Positions 51,851 to 62,894 of a DNA stretch of 64,000 nt are shown in pieces. How positions within the stretch are numbered: position 1 is the first letter of the stretch; each line of letters begins with the position of its first letter. Source of the DNA: Raillietiella orientalis (lineage: Eukaryota); contig JAYWIR010000016.1 in NCBI GenBank assembly GCA_036172245.1, positions 3,782,001-3,846,000 of the forward strand, given 5' to 3'. Under the pieces are notes generated by a model. The model worked only from the letters and a program-made list of their open reading frames with translations. It had not been told where the DNA came from and did no database searches. A program made the translations under genes and the position numbers.

Positions 51851-54026
51851 GAGACGCCGGCGGCAACCTTTCGGGTGCGCAGCGGGGGGTTGACGTGGCA
51901 ACCTGATGTGTGCCGACCTCCTGCCAGAAAGAAGAGCATGCCGCATCGACGTCTCCAGCCGCCTCCTTTCTCCATCTTTTCCCCTTCCCCCCATCCCGCA
52001 ACCCAGGTACTGCCCCTCGCCCCCCAACAACCTGCAGCCGAGCAGCTGCTGCTGCTGCTGCTGAGTCGCCTCTGATGAACGGCCAGGATCCGGGGCGGGT
52101 CTCCTTCGGGAGCGAGGCGGCCCGAGTGCCCTCCCCTCCGCAGCGGTGCATCCCATCAGCGCCTCGGGGAGAGCGCGCGACGCCTGGCGAGCGGTTTCCG
52201 AGGCTTTCGGGCTGGAAGAGCGGCGATCGGAGCAGGTGGAAGGGTCACGGAGGGCGCTACCGCGCGTCGCGAGGGCGACCTCGCAGGTGCCGCAGCGGGA
52301 CGACTTTTTATGGCAAGCTCTCGCGCGCACTCCTCCTCCGTCCTGATGGGTCTCCGCAAGATGAGGAGGATGCCGCCAGGGCTGCCGAGGGGCCAACAGG
52401 GGGAAGGAAACTCCACAACCTCCGCCCCCAGCGGCTGCGCACGTGGCGGAAACGACCGCCCGGCTTCCTTCCGCCTCGTGAACCGGGTCAGGTCGTCCGT
52501 GGGGGTAGGGGAAGCGTCCCCGCCGTTCGCTCCCAGAGAGAGAAGGGGGAGCGGCGCAGCGCAGGGACGGCCAGAATCGGGGGAGGGGAGAGTCTCCCGG
52601 GAGGGCGATCCCGAGGGACCGCCCTTCCGGTGCGCGACTCTGACGGGCGCTGTCAAAACAAAACCCCCAGTCGCCGCTAGGGCGCGGATCGGAGGCCGGA
52701 AAAGCCGCTCGTGCTCCCGCGGAGGGCCCCGGGGCAGCGAGGTCGTGGGAGGGCGTCGGCGCCTAAAGCCGCGCGGACGCCGCCGCACCGCTTAGGATGG
52801 AAGCGGCGGCGGCCCTGCCGCTGGCCTCGCCGAGGTGGCCTTCATCGTTGTCGGCTGGTGTGGTCAGCAACGCGCGGGCTGTCGGTGGCGGCGGGGCTGC
52901 CGCCGCCGCCTTCCCATTTGCCGTTCCTCAAAGGAGGGAAAGCCGGGAAAAGGTGGCGCCCTTCCCCGCCGCCCCTCTCTGGAGCTGGGGAGTCTCCTGC
53001 GCCCGCCGGCGGAGGACTGGGAGCTACCGCCTGGGAGGAACGATGGGGATGGAGCGGGCTCCGAGAGCGTGTCGAGGATGACCCCAAAACTCACCTCCCC
53101 CGGCACGGGGGTCCCCGTTTGCGGAGGCCCCCTCCGGAAGACGGCGGCAGCGGTCCGCTCGCGGTCCATGGGGGCGGCTTCCTGGGAAAGGGATGCTCGG
53201 TGGCATCGGAATAGGCAGGGGTTGAGAGGGTCGAGGCGGAGGAGCCATTCTTCCCGCGCCGGATCCGGTCTTCCGGCATCGGACATCCCTGGGGTGAGAG
53301 AGGGGGAGGCGGATGGGGTGTGCTTCCCCAGCCTGTGCGAGGGAGGTTGGACCAGCGCGGCCGGCGCGTACGGGGGACGGAGACGGGTTGGGGTGGGGTG
53401 AACAAGAGATGCGCGCGAGCGAGCGGCGGCGCGCGTGCGTTTAGTCCGCCTCGGCGCCGCCGCGAGCGCCGTCGTCGCCAGCCGGTCGCGGGCGGCGGCG
53501 AGCGTGCGCGGCTCCCGTTGCCTGGTCAACGACTCCAACGGTCTCGACCGGACGAGATGTGGAGCTCGCAACGGCTCGCGAACGAACGGATGGGTGGGGG
53601 GGAAGGAGCTGCCGGGGAAGAGGGGCGTTCGGCGGGACTCTTCAGCACCTGAGGGGAGCATCCGCGCCGTGTCCAAAGGGCATCGTCTGAGCAACAGGGG
53701 TGGAGAAACGGGCACGCCGCTGCCAGCGGAATGAACCTTCCTCTCCTTGGCTCGCCTTGCCCAGAGCCCCTCCCCCACTGCCATGGTGACCTTCTGCGGA
53801 AGGATCTCGAACCAACCGAAATCCTGCGCTCCGGGAAGGAGCGGCCGCGACCCTCCTTCCCTTCCGAAAGCGAGCCCCGGGGGATCGCTTCCGCCGCCCG
53901 ACGGCAGCACCGTCGCGGGACCGAAAAATCGAAGGGAGCCGTCCGCTCAGGGATGGGGAGGGGAGCGGAAAAGAGGGGAGAAACCCCAAAAGACAAAAGG
54001 TGGGGGAGGGGCGCCTCGGCTACTTT

Positions 54027-54574
54027 TTATTTCCCCTGGGGGCAGGGGAGGACGAAGCCGTACTCGTCCCCACCGCCCCCGCGAGTGAGGTCGTCTGCCG
54101 CCCCAGAGGGGGTGGCGGCGGCGGCAGCCTCCCTTCCGGCCGCGCGCCTCCTGTGGCGGTGGAGTCTCCTCGCCGAGGCCCTCTGCTGCCAGAGCGGCGG
54201 TGCCGCCGCCGCCGGCGGGCCGGGGTCTTCCTCGGTCACCGGATCGGGGACGCGAGGGGACGGGGGAGGGGAGGAGGAAGGGGAAGGGGCAAGCAGGGAG
54301 AGAGGGGAGAGGGGGCGCTTCTCCGCGGCCCTCTCCGCCTCGGCTCTCCCTGCGGGGCGGCGGTCGTCCTCCTCCTGCCCGCCGGCTGTCCGCGGTGGGA
54401 GGACCCTGCCCCGCGTCCCGGCGGGGGGTCTCAGGGTTCCCGGCCTTTCGGGAAGAGGGGGGGGGACGGGGGAGGGGCGGCGCGCGGCTGTCTCGCCCGG
54501 CCCCTCCCGGTAGTGGATCTCCTCGTAGAGGTGGAACTCGGGCGGGCCGCAGCTTCCGGGCGTCGAAACCGCAC
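54027..54574 (-). CDS. Exon 2 (terminal) of the same uncharacterised gene
   Basis: 111-bp GT-AG intron with acceptor ctttccag and compatible phase. Open frame GAVSTPGSCGPPEFHLYEEIHYREGPG...PPPLPERPG...GGDEYGFVLPCPQGK*. An AATAAA overlaps the stop codon. Confidence 0.62.
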
Positions 54575-54685
54575 CTGGAAAGGGCGCATCCCGTTACAGA
54601 GAAGCAGGGGAATGCCAGGAGAGGGGGGATCGTCCGCCGGCCCCCCTTCCTCGGCGCACGGAGGGAGCGCCTCCCCCTCGCTTAC

Positions 54686-55745
54686 CTTTGGCAACTCCCG
54701 CGTTCCTCGCGACCGGGCTGCGACCGGGGTCCTCCCCATCGCGCCCCCGGGCAGGATGGCTCCCCGGTAGGCCGCACTCCCAGTCTGGGAGGAAGGGCGG
54801 AGGCGTGCGGAGCTGACGGGTGGTCGGGGGTCTCTTGGCCCTCTGCTGGCGCCAGGAGGCGGCGCGAGCGTCGAAGGACGTATACCATGCGCCGCCGCAG
54901 GCGAGGGAACCCCTGCTCTCCGGGCTGAGGGATCTGGCCCGGGAGAGTCTGCGGGGGCTGGGCAGGCGGGGCCTCGCTGTTGGAGCCTCGGTCCCTCCGC
55001 TGATCCCAGCTCGGAGCAGGCGGCTCCGGAGCTCTCCCAGGTCGCCCTGGAGACGGCGCGGTGGCGGCAGCTCCCGGGAGACGGCATCGCCTTCGGATTC
55101 TTTCCCGGCCCGGAGGGGGCCGGAGGAAGGGGAGGGAGAAGGGACGGGCATTGCTACTCCTCCGCCCCCGGAGGGGCCGGGAGCTTTCCTCTTCGGGGGC
55201 GCGGCGGCGGCCCGGCCGATGATCTTCACGCCCATCGGGATGCGGGGCTTGGCGCCGGGGGGGCAGCAGCCTCCGCAGCAGCAGGAGGCAGGGGGTACCC
55301 TGGACGAAGACCTCTTCCCGTCGTGGGCGTAGTAGACGGTAGTGTCCCCCCCTTCGGGGGTGGGGCAGGAGCTCTTGTAGCCCGAGTCCACCGACCCGGG
55401 TCCGGTCCCGAGGGCGTACCACGCCTCCTTCTCGGGCTCGTCGCCCTCTGGGCGGAGCGCCACCGGGAGGGGGGGCAGGAACTGGGGTGGGGAGGAAGAG
55501 CAGGAGGAACAGGAGGAGCGGGAAGAGTCCTCCTCGTCCCACTGGTCGTAGGGGCTCCGCTTGGCCAGGGCATCGATGGTTTCCAGCAGGGGGGTTCCGA
55601 TGGCGCCGTCGCGGGCCGCCGCCATCCTGCGCAAGTGGCCGGCGCCCCCGCATGGGATCGAAGCGGGCTCGGGCAAAGCCCCCTCCAGGTACCAAGGGGG
55701 AGAGCAGGCGGGGTGTCCCGGACGCCCTCTCCGGAGATCTCTCAT
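54686..55745 (-). CDS. Exon 1 of an uncharacterised Pro/Ser-rich protein gene
   Basis: Long protein-like ORF (LLETIDALAKRSPYDQWDEED, GSVDSGYKSSCPTPE, TTVYYAHDGK) ending at a strong donor AAAG|gtaagc, phase 1. The start could instead be the ATG at 55625 (MAAARDG). Confidence 0.65.
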
Positions 55746-58207
55746 CGCGCCGAGGGCATCTCGCGGGAGGGTCCCTCGCCTCCAGGCGACGACGCCATGG
55801 CTCTCCGCCGCCGTTCCTGCAACCGGGAAACGCCCTCATTCCGGTTCCGTCTCTCCGCGGCCGCCGTTGCCCGAGGCAACGGCGCGCCTCAGATCGCTCT
55901 CCGCCGCTGCCACCAGAGAGCAGGCAGGGAGGGAGCAGAAGGGACAGAGGTGGACGCGGAGGAAGGGAAGAGAGAGGCAGCGGGGGGTGGAAAGGAGGGC
56001 GGGAGGAGGGAACGTCAAGTTCAGCGCGTGCGCCCTTCGCCCGGAAGGGGCGTACCGGTTGGGCGAACCACCGGGTGAACTTAGCAGCAGCAGCCGCCTG
56101 CAGGGGGGACAGCGAGCCGGCGGTTGGAGTGGAAGAGGGAGAAGAGAGGTTCACCACGCGAATGCGAAGGGGGTGGACGCTGTTCTTCCCCTTCCGCACC
56201 CTCCGCCTCGCGGCAAGCGATCCTTCCCGCCCTCCTCCCGCCAGAGGGCAAGTCGTCCAGAGCGCACGTCGCGTCCGCGTCAGGTGGAGCCGGGAGGGAC
56301 GCCTGTCCCCTCCGTACCCTTCCCCTCCTGCCTCCTGGAGGGCGGTCAGGTGCTGCCGAAGGCACGCGGAGGCGGCAGCAACACCCTGCGGGCGAGCGAC
56401 GGCGTCGCTTCTGGTCGGCCGGTCGGGGACCCAAAGCGAGGGGGGACAGAGAGGGGACACGGGGGCTGGCGACGGGGTGAGCACCGCTGCTGGGTTGGGG
56501 AAGGTTCGCTTCGGGATCAGGAGGGAGAGTCGCCTCAGCCCCCCCGCTCGACCCCGTCTGGAGTCGACGTTGGGAAGGGAAGATGGACGCCACCCAACCC
56601 CCCTTCTCTCCTCCCGGGGAGCGCACCCCACCCCACTCAACTTACTGAGAAGCCGCAGCTCCAGGGACGGCGACGACTACGGAGCTCCCTGTGAGGAAGG
56701 AGGGTCGTCGGAGAGCCCGGAAGGCTCGTCGGGACGACTACGGGGCTCCAGGGAAACGGGAAGGGCGAGGCCGGAGGAGCTTCCCGGGGAGAGGCGCCGT
56801 TGCCTGGCGGCGACGGCTCGCCACGCACACTGTCGTCCTCTGCACTCGCGCGCGGAATCGTCGGCGACGCACCCCGAACTCCCTCACCGCGCCGCTTCTC
56901 GGCAAGCGCCGGGACGATTCTGCCGCCGCACCGCCGCCCGCGGGATCGCGGCCGCCGCTCGCGCACGCGCACTGCGCGCCCCTCCGGAGAGAACGCGCGC
57001 TCCGGCGGAGCGAGCGCGGCGGCGGCCGCGGCCGCCGACCGCTCCACCCCTGTGCCGCACGGATGCCTCCCCCGCCCTCGCCTCGCCTCTCCTGGAGTCG
57101 CCTTCGACCCCCTCGGAGGAGCCGCCTTTGCGACCAGGAGGGAGGCGACGACAGCCTTTTCCTGGAGGGCGCGCGCGTGCGCGGCACTCGAAGACGTCCT
57201 CACAACGAGGGGAACTGGCACTCCCGGGGAAAAGAGGAAGCAGCGACGGGGCCTCCACGAAAAAGGGGTCCTGGAGAGAGGGAGGAGGCGAATTCTGATT
57301 TGCCGAGCGCAACCGAATGGAGGCTTCCGGCAGGAAGGAAGGTCAACTGCCGGCGGCGCTACCCCTGGTTGCGCAGCGCGCCGTGATCGAAGGTCCTGCG
57401 TCGAGGACCCACAGACAGGGAACCGGGGGCAGACAAGGAGCAAAGGACAGGCAGGGAGTCAAGGACAGGTAGGAAGCTAAGAGATAGTGCAGCATATCGA
57501 CTAGGAGGCTGCACGACCTACGGATCTCCTCCGGAGAGACAAAAACCGGCGAGGACTGGTGAGCAGGGTTTCTCTGTCTGGCATCAGCTTTCCGGATGTG
57601 TTGATCCCACCCGAAGCATCTGAGTGACCCGGAGCACACCGCACCCAGAATGCTCCGGGGCACGGTGGCGTGAGATGGCGCGCCCTCCTTTTCCGGCGTG
57701 TGGAACCGCATGATGTCCGAGGTTTCCGAGCGCAGGCGGTCAGCGCCTGCGCGAAGGGGGCCGGACCCGCGTCCGGACCCAGCGGCTGCGGTGTAGGCGA
57801 TGTGACGCAGGAGGCCCCGTTGCCCCATGCCTTCGGGTGGCTCGCGTGGCTGATCTTGCGGCAAGCTGGGAGCGAGGCGGACCTGCCGGCCGGACGATGT
57901 GCCGCTGCGGCCTGTTCGCCCGTGGCGTGGGTCGACAGTCAGGCAAGGGGATGGGCCAATCGGCTCGTCGTTGGCCCAAGAGCTTTGGTTGCCGGGGGGT
58001 GCCGAACCAGTAAAAGACGTCGGGTTCTCTCGACGTGCGGGTTGAGGTGGATACACGGAAAGATCGAGACGACCGATGTTCCTGATGTTCCTTCCGGGAA
58101 CGCCAGGATCGCGGTGACCCCAGTGCGCGCGCAAGTGATGACGTAGCCCGGTGGCGGCCGCAAGCAGAAGCCCTTGGCGGTGCGCTTGATGTGCTGTTCT
58201 GGTCAGC

Positions 58208-58249
58208 CAAGCTAAGATGACCGGCGTGGCATCCGGTCATCTTAGCTTG
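58208..58249. repeat. Perfect inverted repeat, 17-bp arms and 8-nt loop
   Basis: caagctaagatgaccgg-cgtggcat-ccggtcatcttagcttg. Confidence 0.97.
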
Positions 58250-58293
58250 CTGCCGACATTCAAGGCCTGCTAGGGCATATGTGGGTCCCGACT

Positions 58294-58337
58294 TTGACCT
58301 GAGCTGGGATCTCCCAGCTCAGGTCAAGAGCTGGGAT
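58294..58337. repeat. Perfect inverted repeat, 16-bp arms and 2-nt loop, followed by a 10-bp direct repeat
   Basis: ttgacctgagctggga-tc-tcccagctcaggtcaa, then gagctgggat (a copy of 58301-58310). Confidence 0.97.
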
Positions 58338-61099
58338 GATCGACAGGACCCAGCCAGGCCGTCGGGCAGCGAAGGTGCAGTTGAGGCAGCGACAAGGATC
58401 ACATGGATCGAGAGAGGACAAACTCGTCGCCTCCCGAGTTCTCCCATGACCCTAACAGAGGCAAGGAGGTCATCTCAGCACCTCACAAGGATTTAAGCAG
58501 GCAGTCAATTCAGGACAAAGAGCAGTGCTCACAGTCAGGCCAACACTAACAAGGTCGAAGTCCCGGCATTCGCGAGGGGCTGCTTCCGTTCTAAATTCTG
58601 TACAACAGTACCAAACCCCAGTGACGAAAGGAGCGTACTCTTTGTCCTTCCCGTGAGCAGTATCATCGGGTGCGATACGGGAGGGGGGTAGGAGACGCAT
58701 TTCAGGGTTTCGAGGTGTTGGTACAACATGGCCGCATGGTGACCACGTTCGGGGCGATGACTGCCCGCGTCCTTGCATTTCAAGACTCAGCGCCAAAGGT
58801 CATCGAGTGTGATGAATTCGTACCCGGAACCCATTCAATGAAAAGCCAATCGCCCGAGTAGAAAAACAACTGCCAATCCTTGGTGTGATGTCGTCACGGC
58901 GGGTGGTGATGAGCTGGCAGCAGGGTCAGGGATCGAACTGGGCGTGAATCCATCCCGACGAGATTCTCCTCTGAGGGCTCCCATCCTTTACTCTTTTTCA
59001 CCTTGTCGAACTCTTGAGTCTCTTTCCATGACCTTTCCACTACCGTCGCCATTTCTGTGTCAGTCCTGAAGTCTTCCTTGTTTGTGTTGGGGAAGACTTT
59101 TTTTGCCACTGAGTCAGCTCCATAGGTGAATGCCACGCCATTCATCTGTACTTTACATTCGTACCTGCAGCCACATATTCGCTGCACGTGTATCGTGTAG
59201 AAGGATCTTTCAGATACTGAAACCATGGTAACCTAAGGATGACCGCATGCCTGCATGCCGTGTCAACGCTGTGGAACGGAATCTGTCGATAGACTCGCCG
59301 GTAGAGATGGGCACTGTCTTTGCTCACGGCGCTCGCAAGGTAATACCACAAGTCTTGCTGAGAGGGATCCACCGCTAATGGTGGTTGTTCCTCATGGTCA
59401 GTGGGTCTCCTTGGTCTTCTCGCTGATCCTGATCGTCGTCGAGATGTCAAGGAGAAAGTTTTGGTGTGCTGCCTTCAGATGGGTTCCACCAACCATCATT
59501 TGCTCATTGACAGTTTGCCCATCTCTTTTGCCACAGCGCCTTTTTCCTTTATCAGCACCTCGGGCAGTTCATGTATCAGACGTTGTTTCGGTGATGACGG
59601 GTTCACGAGCTTTGATCATCTTGTCTGAAGTGATCACGTAGACTCAGATTGTGCTCAAAATAGAGGATGCGATCTGAACGGAGAGAGGGAAGCCGGAGAG
59701 CTGGGCTCTTCTGAAAAGACTTGCTCCGGGCGTGAGATGACCCAAGAGCTGCTTGCTGGTTTAGCTGTCCGTTTCCAGTTTGTCCGTCCTTTGTCAGACG
59801 GACTGGTGGGCTCATCCAGAAACCGTCACAGGACCGAGGCCGGCTCACGTAAGGCCCCACCGAGGTCAGGCATGCCCTGGTCCTTGAGGCACGCAATCGG
59901 AACCGATAGCGTGAATAAGATGATTCCGAGTTACTGGACGCCCGGAGAACGAGTGACCGGCGCAACCCATCTCCGGTGATCTTGCTTTCGGCATGATTTA
60001 TGGACCTGCATCCATCACTACGCGTTCAGTACTTTGTGGGTGCCGTTGAAAGGTGGATCGAAAGAGACTGAAAGACCGGACCGACGTTGATCCAGCGGAC
60101 GAGGACTTTGCCGTGCCGCGTATCAGAGCGACCAACGAGTGATTTGTTACACGCGACCAACTGTTTGAACACAGCAAGCAGGCTGGGTGGCACGCCGGGG
60201 CACCGTCGACGAAAGCACTTTTCGTTCAAGGAGGTGGCTGCTGACATCTGACGTCGACCGCGAGAAACCATCGCTGTGGGTGCGGAGCTGTCCTCTTTGC
60301 TGCCGCAGCAGCTCAAGCGAGCCGTCCTCGCAGCGCCTCCTCCGGAGAGCAGCGCGCCAGCAGAAGGGCTTCCGGCGCCGGCCCATCGCGTTCTGGGAAC
60401 TCTCCCTTCCCGCTCGCTCCCGTGCGTTGCCCCGTAGACGGAGAGAGACACGGAGGGCGCTCTCCCGCTTGGCGGCGTGCTCTAAAGTGTGGCCACGCCT
60501 CGCAAAAAGGCGACGGATGACCTCGTCTGCGTCGTCGGAGACGGCAGCGCGGAGGAGGAGGGACTCTGGACCGCTCTCCGCTAGGCAGCGCGAACTATGC
60601 TGCCACTCGTTCGCTCGCTGGGAGGTCCCGTAGGACTACCTTCGAGCCAAAAGAGAGCGGGCTGCCGGCTCGGTTCTCCTGGTGCTGAGGGAGGCGTCGG
60701 GAGAAGTCTCGCCTGCTAAGAACCTGCGCACCCTGCCCTCTTGCGTACGATCCAAGAACCTCTGTACGGCGACTCCGCCGCTCGCCACAGACGGCGCTGG
60801 GGGGGAAACCCGAGCGAACCTCCTCGGGAGAATTCCTCCTGGAGAGAGGGAACGCTCTCCGGGATGAAAGCGAGGAGGAAAGGAGGAGAACCTCAGCGGA
60901 AGCTCCAAAGACCGTCCGTCTCGGGCCGCGGGATGAAGCCCACCCTCGTTTCCCACTCGGAGGTGATTGGCAGCCCAGTGCTCCCGTCGCTCGTTGCACT
61001 CATCCTCAGATGCGCCGGGAAGTTTATTTATCTTTATAAAAATGTATAAATAAGCATGTAGTTTTTTTTGTTCTGGAGGGAGGTAAGGTCAGACAAAGC

Positions 61100-62340
61100 A
61101 TTCAGGGAATCCTATAGGGGGGAAGGGAAGGGGTCCTTGCATGCCAGGAGACATGCCGAACTTTCGCTTCTGGTTGTCCTTCGAGCCCGGGGTGTCTCTA
61201 TGGCGCTTGGACTGCACACGAATTGGGTCGTGGCCAACTTCGGGAGATGACCGCTGCAGACAGACCACCTGAAGGGGTCTTCCGGGAACCCAGGTAGGAA
61301 AGGGACGGACCGTACAACCCATCCTTCTTGCAGGCAGGCCACCTCGTTACGGCACCCGGAGCCCACTTTGCCCTGTGAACCACGGGATCTCTTGTGGCAC
61401 ATGGCACGAAAGGTCGTTCCTTTGCAGGGTCCAGAGGATTCGCATCACCAGGTAATGCTGCACGTTCACGGGAACCACCAAGGGTTCCGGGAAGGTCTGC
61501 GGATCTTCCATCGAATCATCCGGTACTCCCAGGAAGTTCGTCCGACGTCGCAGACCGTTGGATGGGTGGAGTTTCTGCAGAGCCGCTTGATCACTTGGCT
61601 TGCACTGTTCAAGCGCAGGGGATGCTCCCTTCCCTGCCGTGTGCCACGCTAGTGACCACCGGGCAGGATCATTCGACCTTCTCTGTGGCTGACGCATGAC
61701 TCTGAGGAGGCGTGTGCTTCAGCCGATTTCCTCCAACGCAAGATGCCTCAACTCGTCGTCGCGAGGAGAAATGGCCGTCTCCTTGGTGCCGAAGCCCGAC
61801 AAGCGCAGTCTCCGCCGACTGCTGCCACTCTTTGTGGTCATCCGGTTGGCAGATGACGAGTTCTAGGCAGCGCTGCCATCTCGGGAGGGAATCCCAACCT
61901 CCCCCTGTCGCAACCAGGTGTGTCCTGTGGGGCATCTGGTTCATCTCTACGTTCTTCTCCATACTGTTAACCTTCTGTGTTTTCCGCTGATCGTGGATAA
62001 CCGGGAACAGGGAGGTGATGAGGCTTTTCAATTGCTAGATGGAGCATTCAGTCGAAGCTTCCCCATCCAGAAGGCAATGTAGAGGTAAGTTCTGACGTTT
62101 ACAAAATCAAAGGTCAGCGGTCCCGAAAATTCCAAGTGTCTGGCCAACACGTTGCGATGCGACCACGTGGTCTCGATTCCCCATGGCAGCTCCAAAGAAG
62201 CAGCAGTGTTTCTGGATGAGACACATGCTGTGTCCACAGACGAATCTTTAGAGAACTCGCGAAGTTGACGCCGCGGGAGTGCCAGGCGGCAAGTGGTATC
62301 TTTCAACCAAGCCCGAACCAGAAGAACTAATAATAATTAT
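61100..62340 (-). pseudogene. Degenerate NACHT/NLR-like gene, HD1/winged-helix and C-terminal part
   Basis: RRQLREFSKDSSVDTACVSSRNTAASLELPW (62182-62270) matches the family motif. It is followed by IAFWMGKL, QMPHRTHL and TALVGL in the order expected for the winged-helix/HD2 region. Confidence 0.5.
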
Positions 62341-62727
62341 CACCCGGTTATGCCGGGGTAAGCCCAAAAGGATTTTGGAATACCTTTGGAGCGCTTCCGT
62401 TTTTGCTGCTTTGCTTCCAGCCTCTTTCCTTTAGGGTTTCCTTTCTTTTGGTTCTGAGGGAGTGCTGAAAAACCGTTCGCTTCCTTAGGGGAGCTGACAA
62501 AGCTCTTCTTTAACACTGCCCACGCCACCAGAGGGTGCACGTGTAACTCTTCCAGCTAGGGAAAACTTCGGAGCGATTGCCTTATGAATCCAGGAAGGCA
62601 CCGGAGGAAGGGGTCCGTTCCTCTCTGACTGGAAGGAAGGAACCCTGATCGCTCCTCATTTCTTCGGAAGGGACCCAGAAGGGACCCGCTTCTGACTTCC
62701 TTCCTTCTCCGGAAGAAATTCTGCATC

Positions 62728-62894
62728 ATCTTTCGTACACTGAAACCATGGTAAGCATTCCTTCTTGCCTGCATGCCGTATCAACGCTATCTGTCGACAG
62801 AATCGTCGGTAGATATGTCACTCTTTGCGCACGGCTCTTGCAAGATAATAACAGAAACCTTGCTGAGATTAGTCCACCGCTAATGGAGGTTGTT
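62728..62894 (-). pseudogene. Fragment paralogous to 59205-59389
   Basis: Alignable by eye at the nucleotide level. Encodes QPPLAVD*SQQGFCYYLARAVRKE*HIYRR...SVDTACRQ..LPWFQ with stops and a 10-nt deletion; several differences are synonymous in this frame. Confidence 0.7.

Larger units (their letters stand above)
57500..60200 (-). pseudogene. Degenerate NACHT/NLR-like NTPase gene
   Basis: Ordered remnants across frameshifts: Walker A-like LVGRSDTRHGKVLVRW (~60100-60140); Walker B gac ggt ttc tg gat gag = DGFxDE (~59811-59830); sensor-1 PASSSWVISRPE (~59723-59757); QPPLAVD..HLYRRVYRQ..SVDTAC..LPWFQ (59215-59390); winged-helix-like FLLGRLAFH..FITLDDL (58800-58864). Boundaries approximate. Confidence 0.6.

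Noticed and set aside
54682..57298. Very long ORFs 54682-56640 (-) and 55487-57298 (+), and similar Arg/Pro/Gly-rich ORFs throughout
   Set aside because: Composition is typical of stop-poor GC-rich DNA or alternative frames of the likely real exon; no recognisable domains.
58095..58150. YVITCARTGVTAILAFPEG resembling PIF1/Helitron helicase motif Ia
   Set aside because: No neighbouring PIF1 Walker A or DE motif; it lies in the C-terminal part of a NACHT-like relic.
58720..58785. KCKDAG...GHHAAMLY resembling a SWIM zinc finger
   Set aside because: Lacks the required Cys residues, and its position after LGRLAF fits the winged-helix region.
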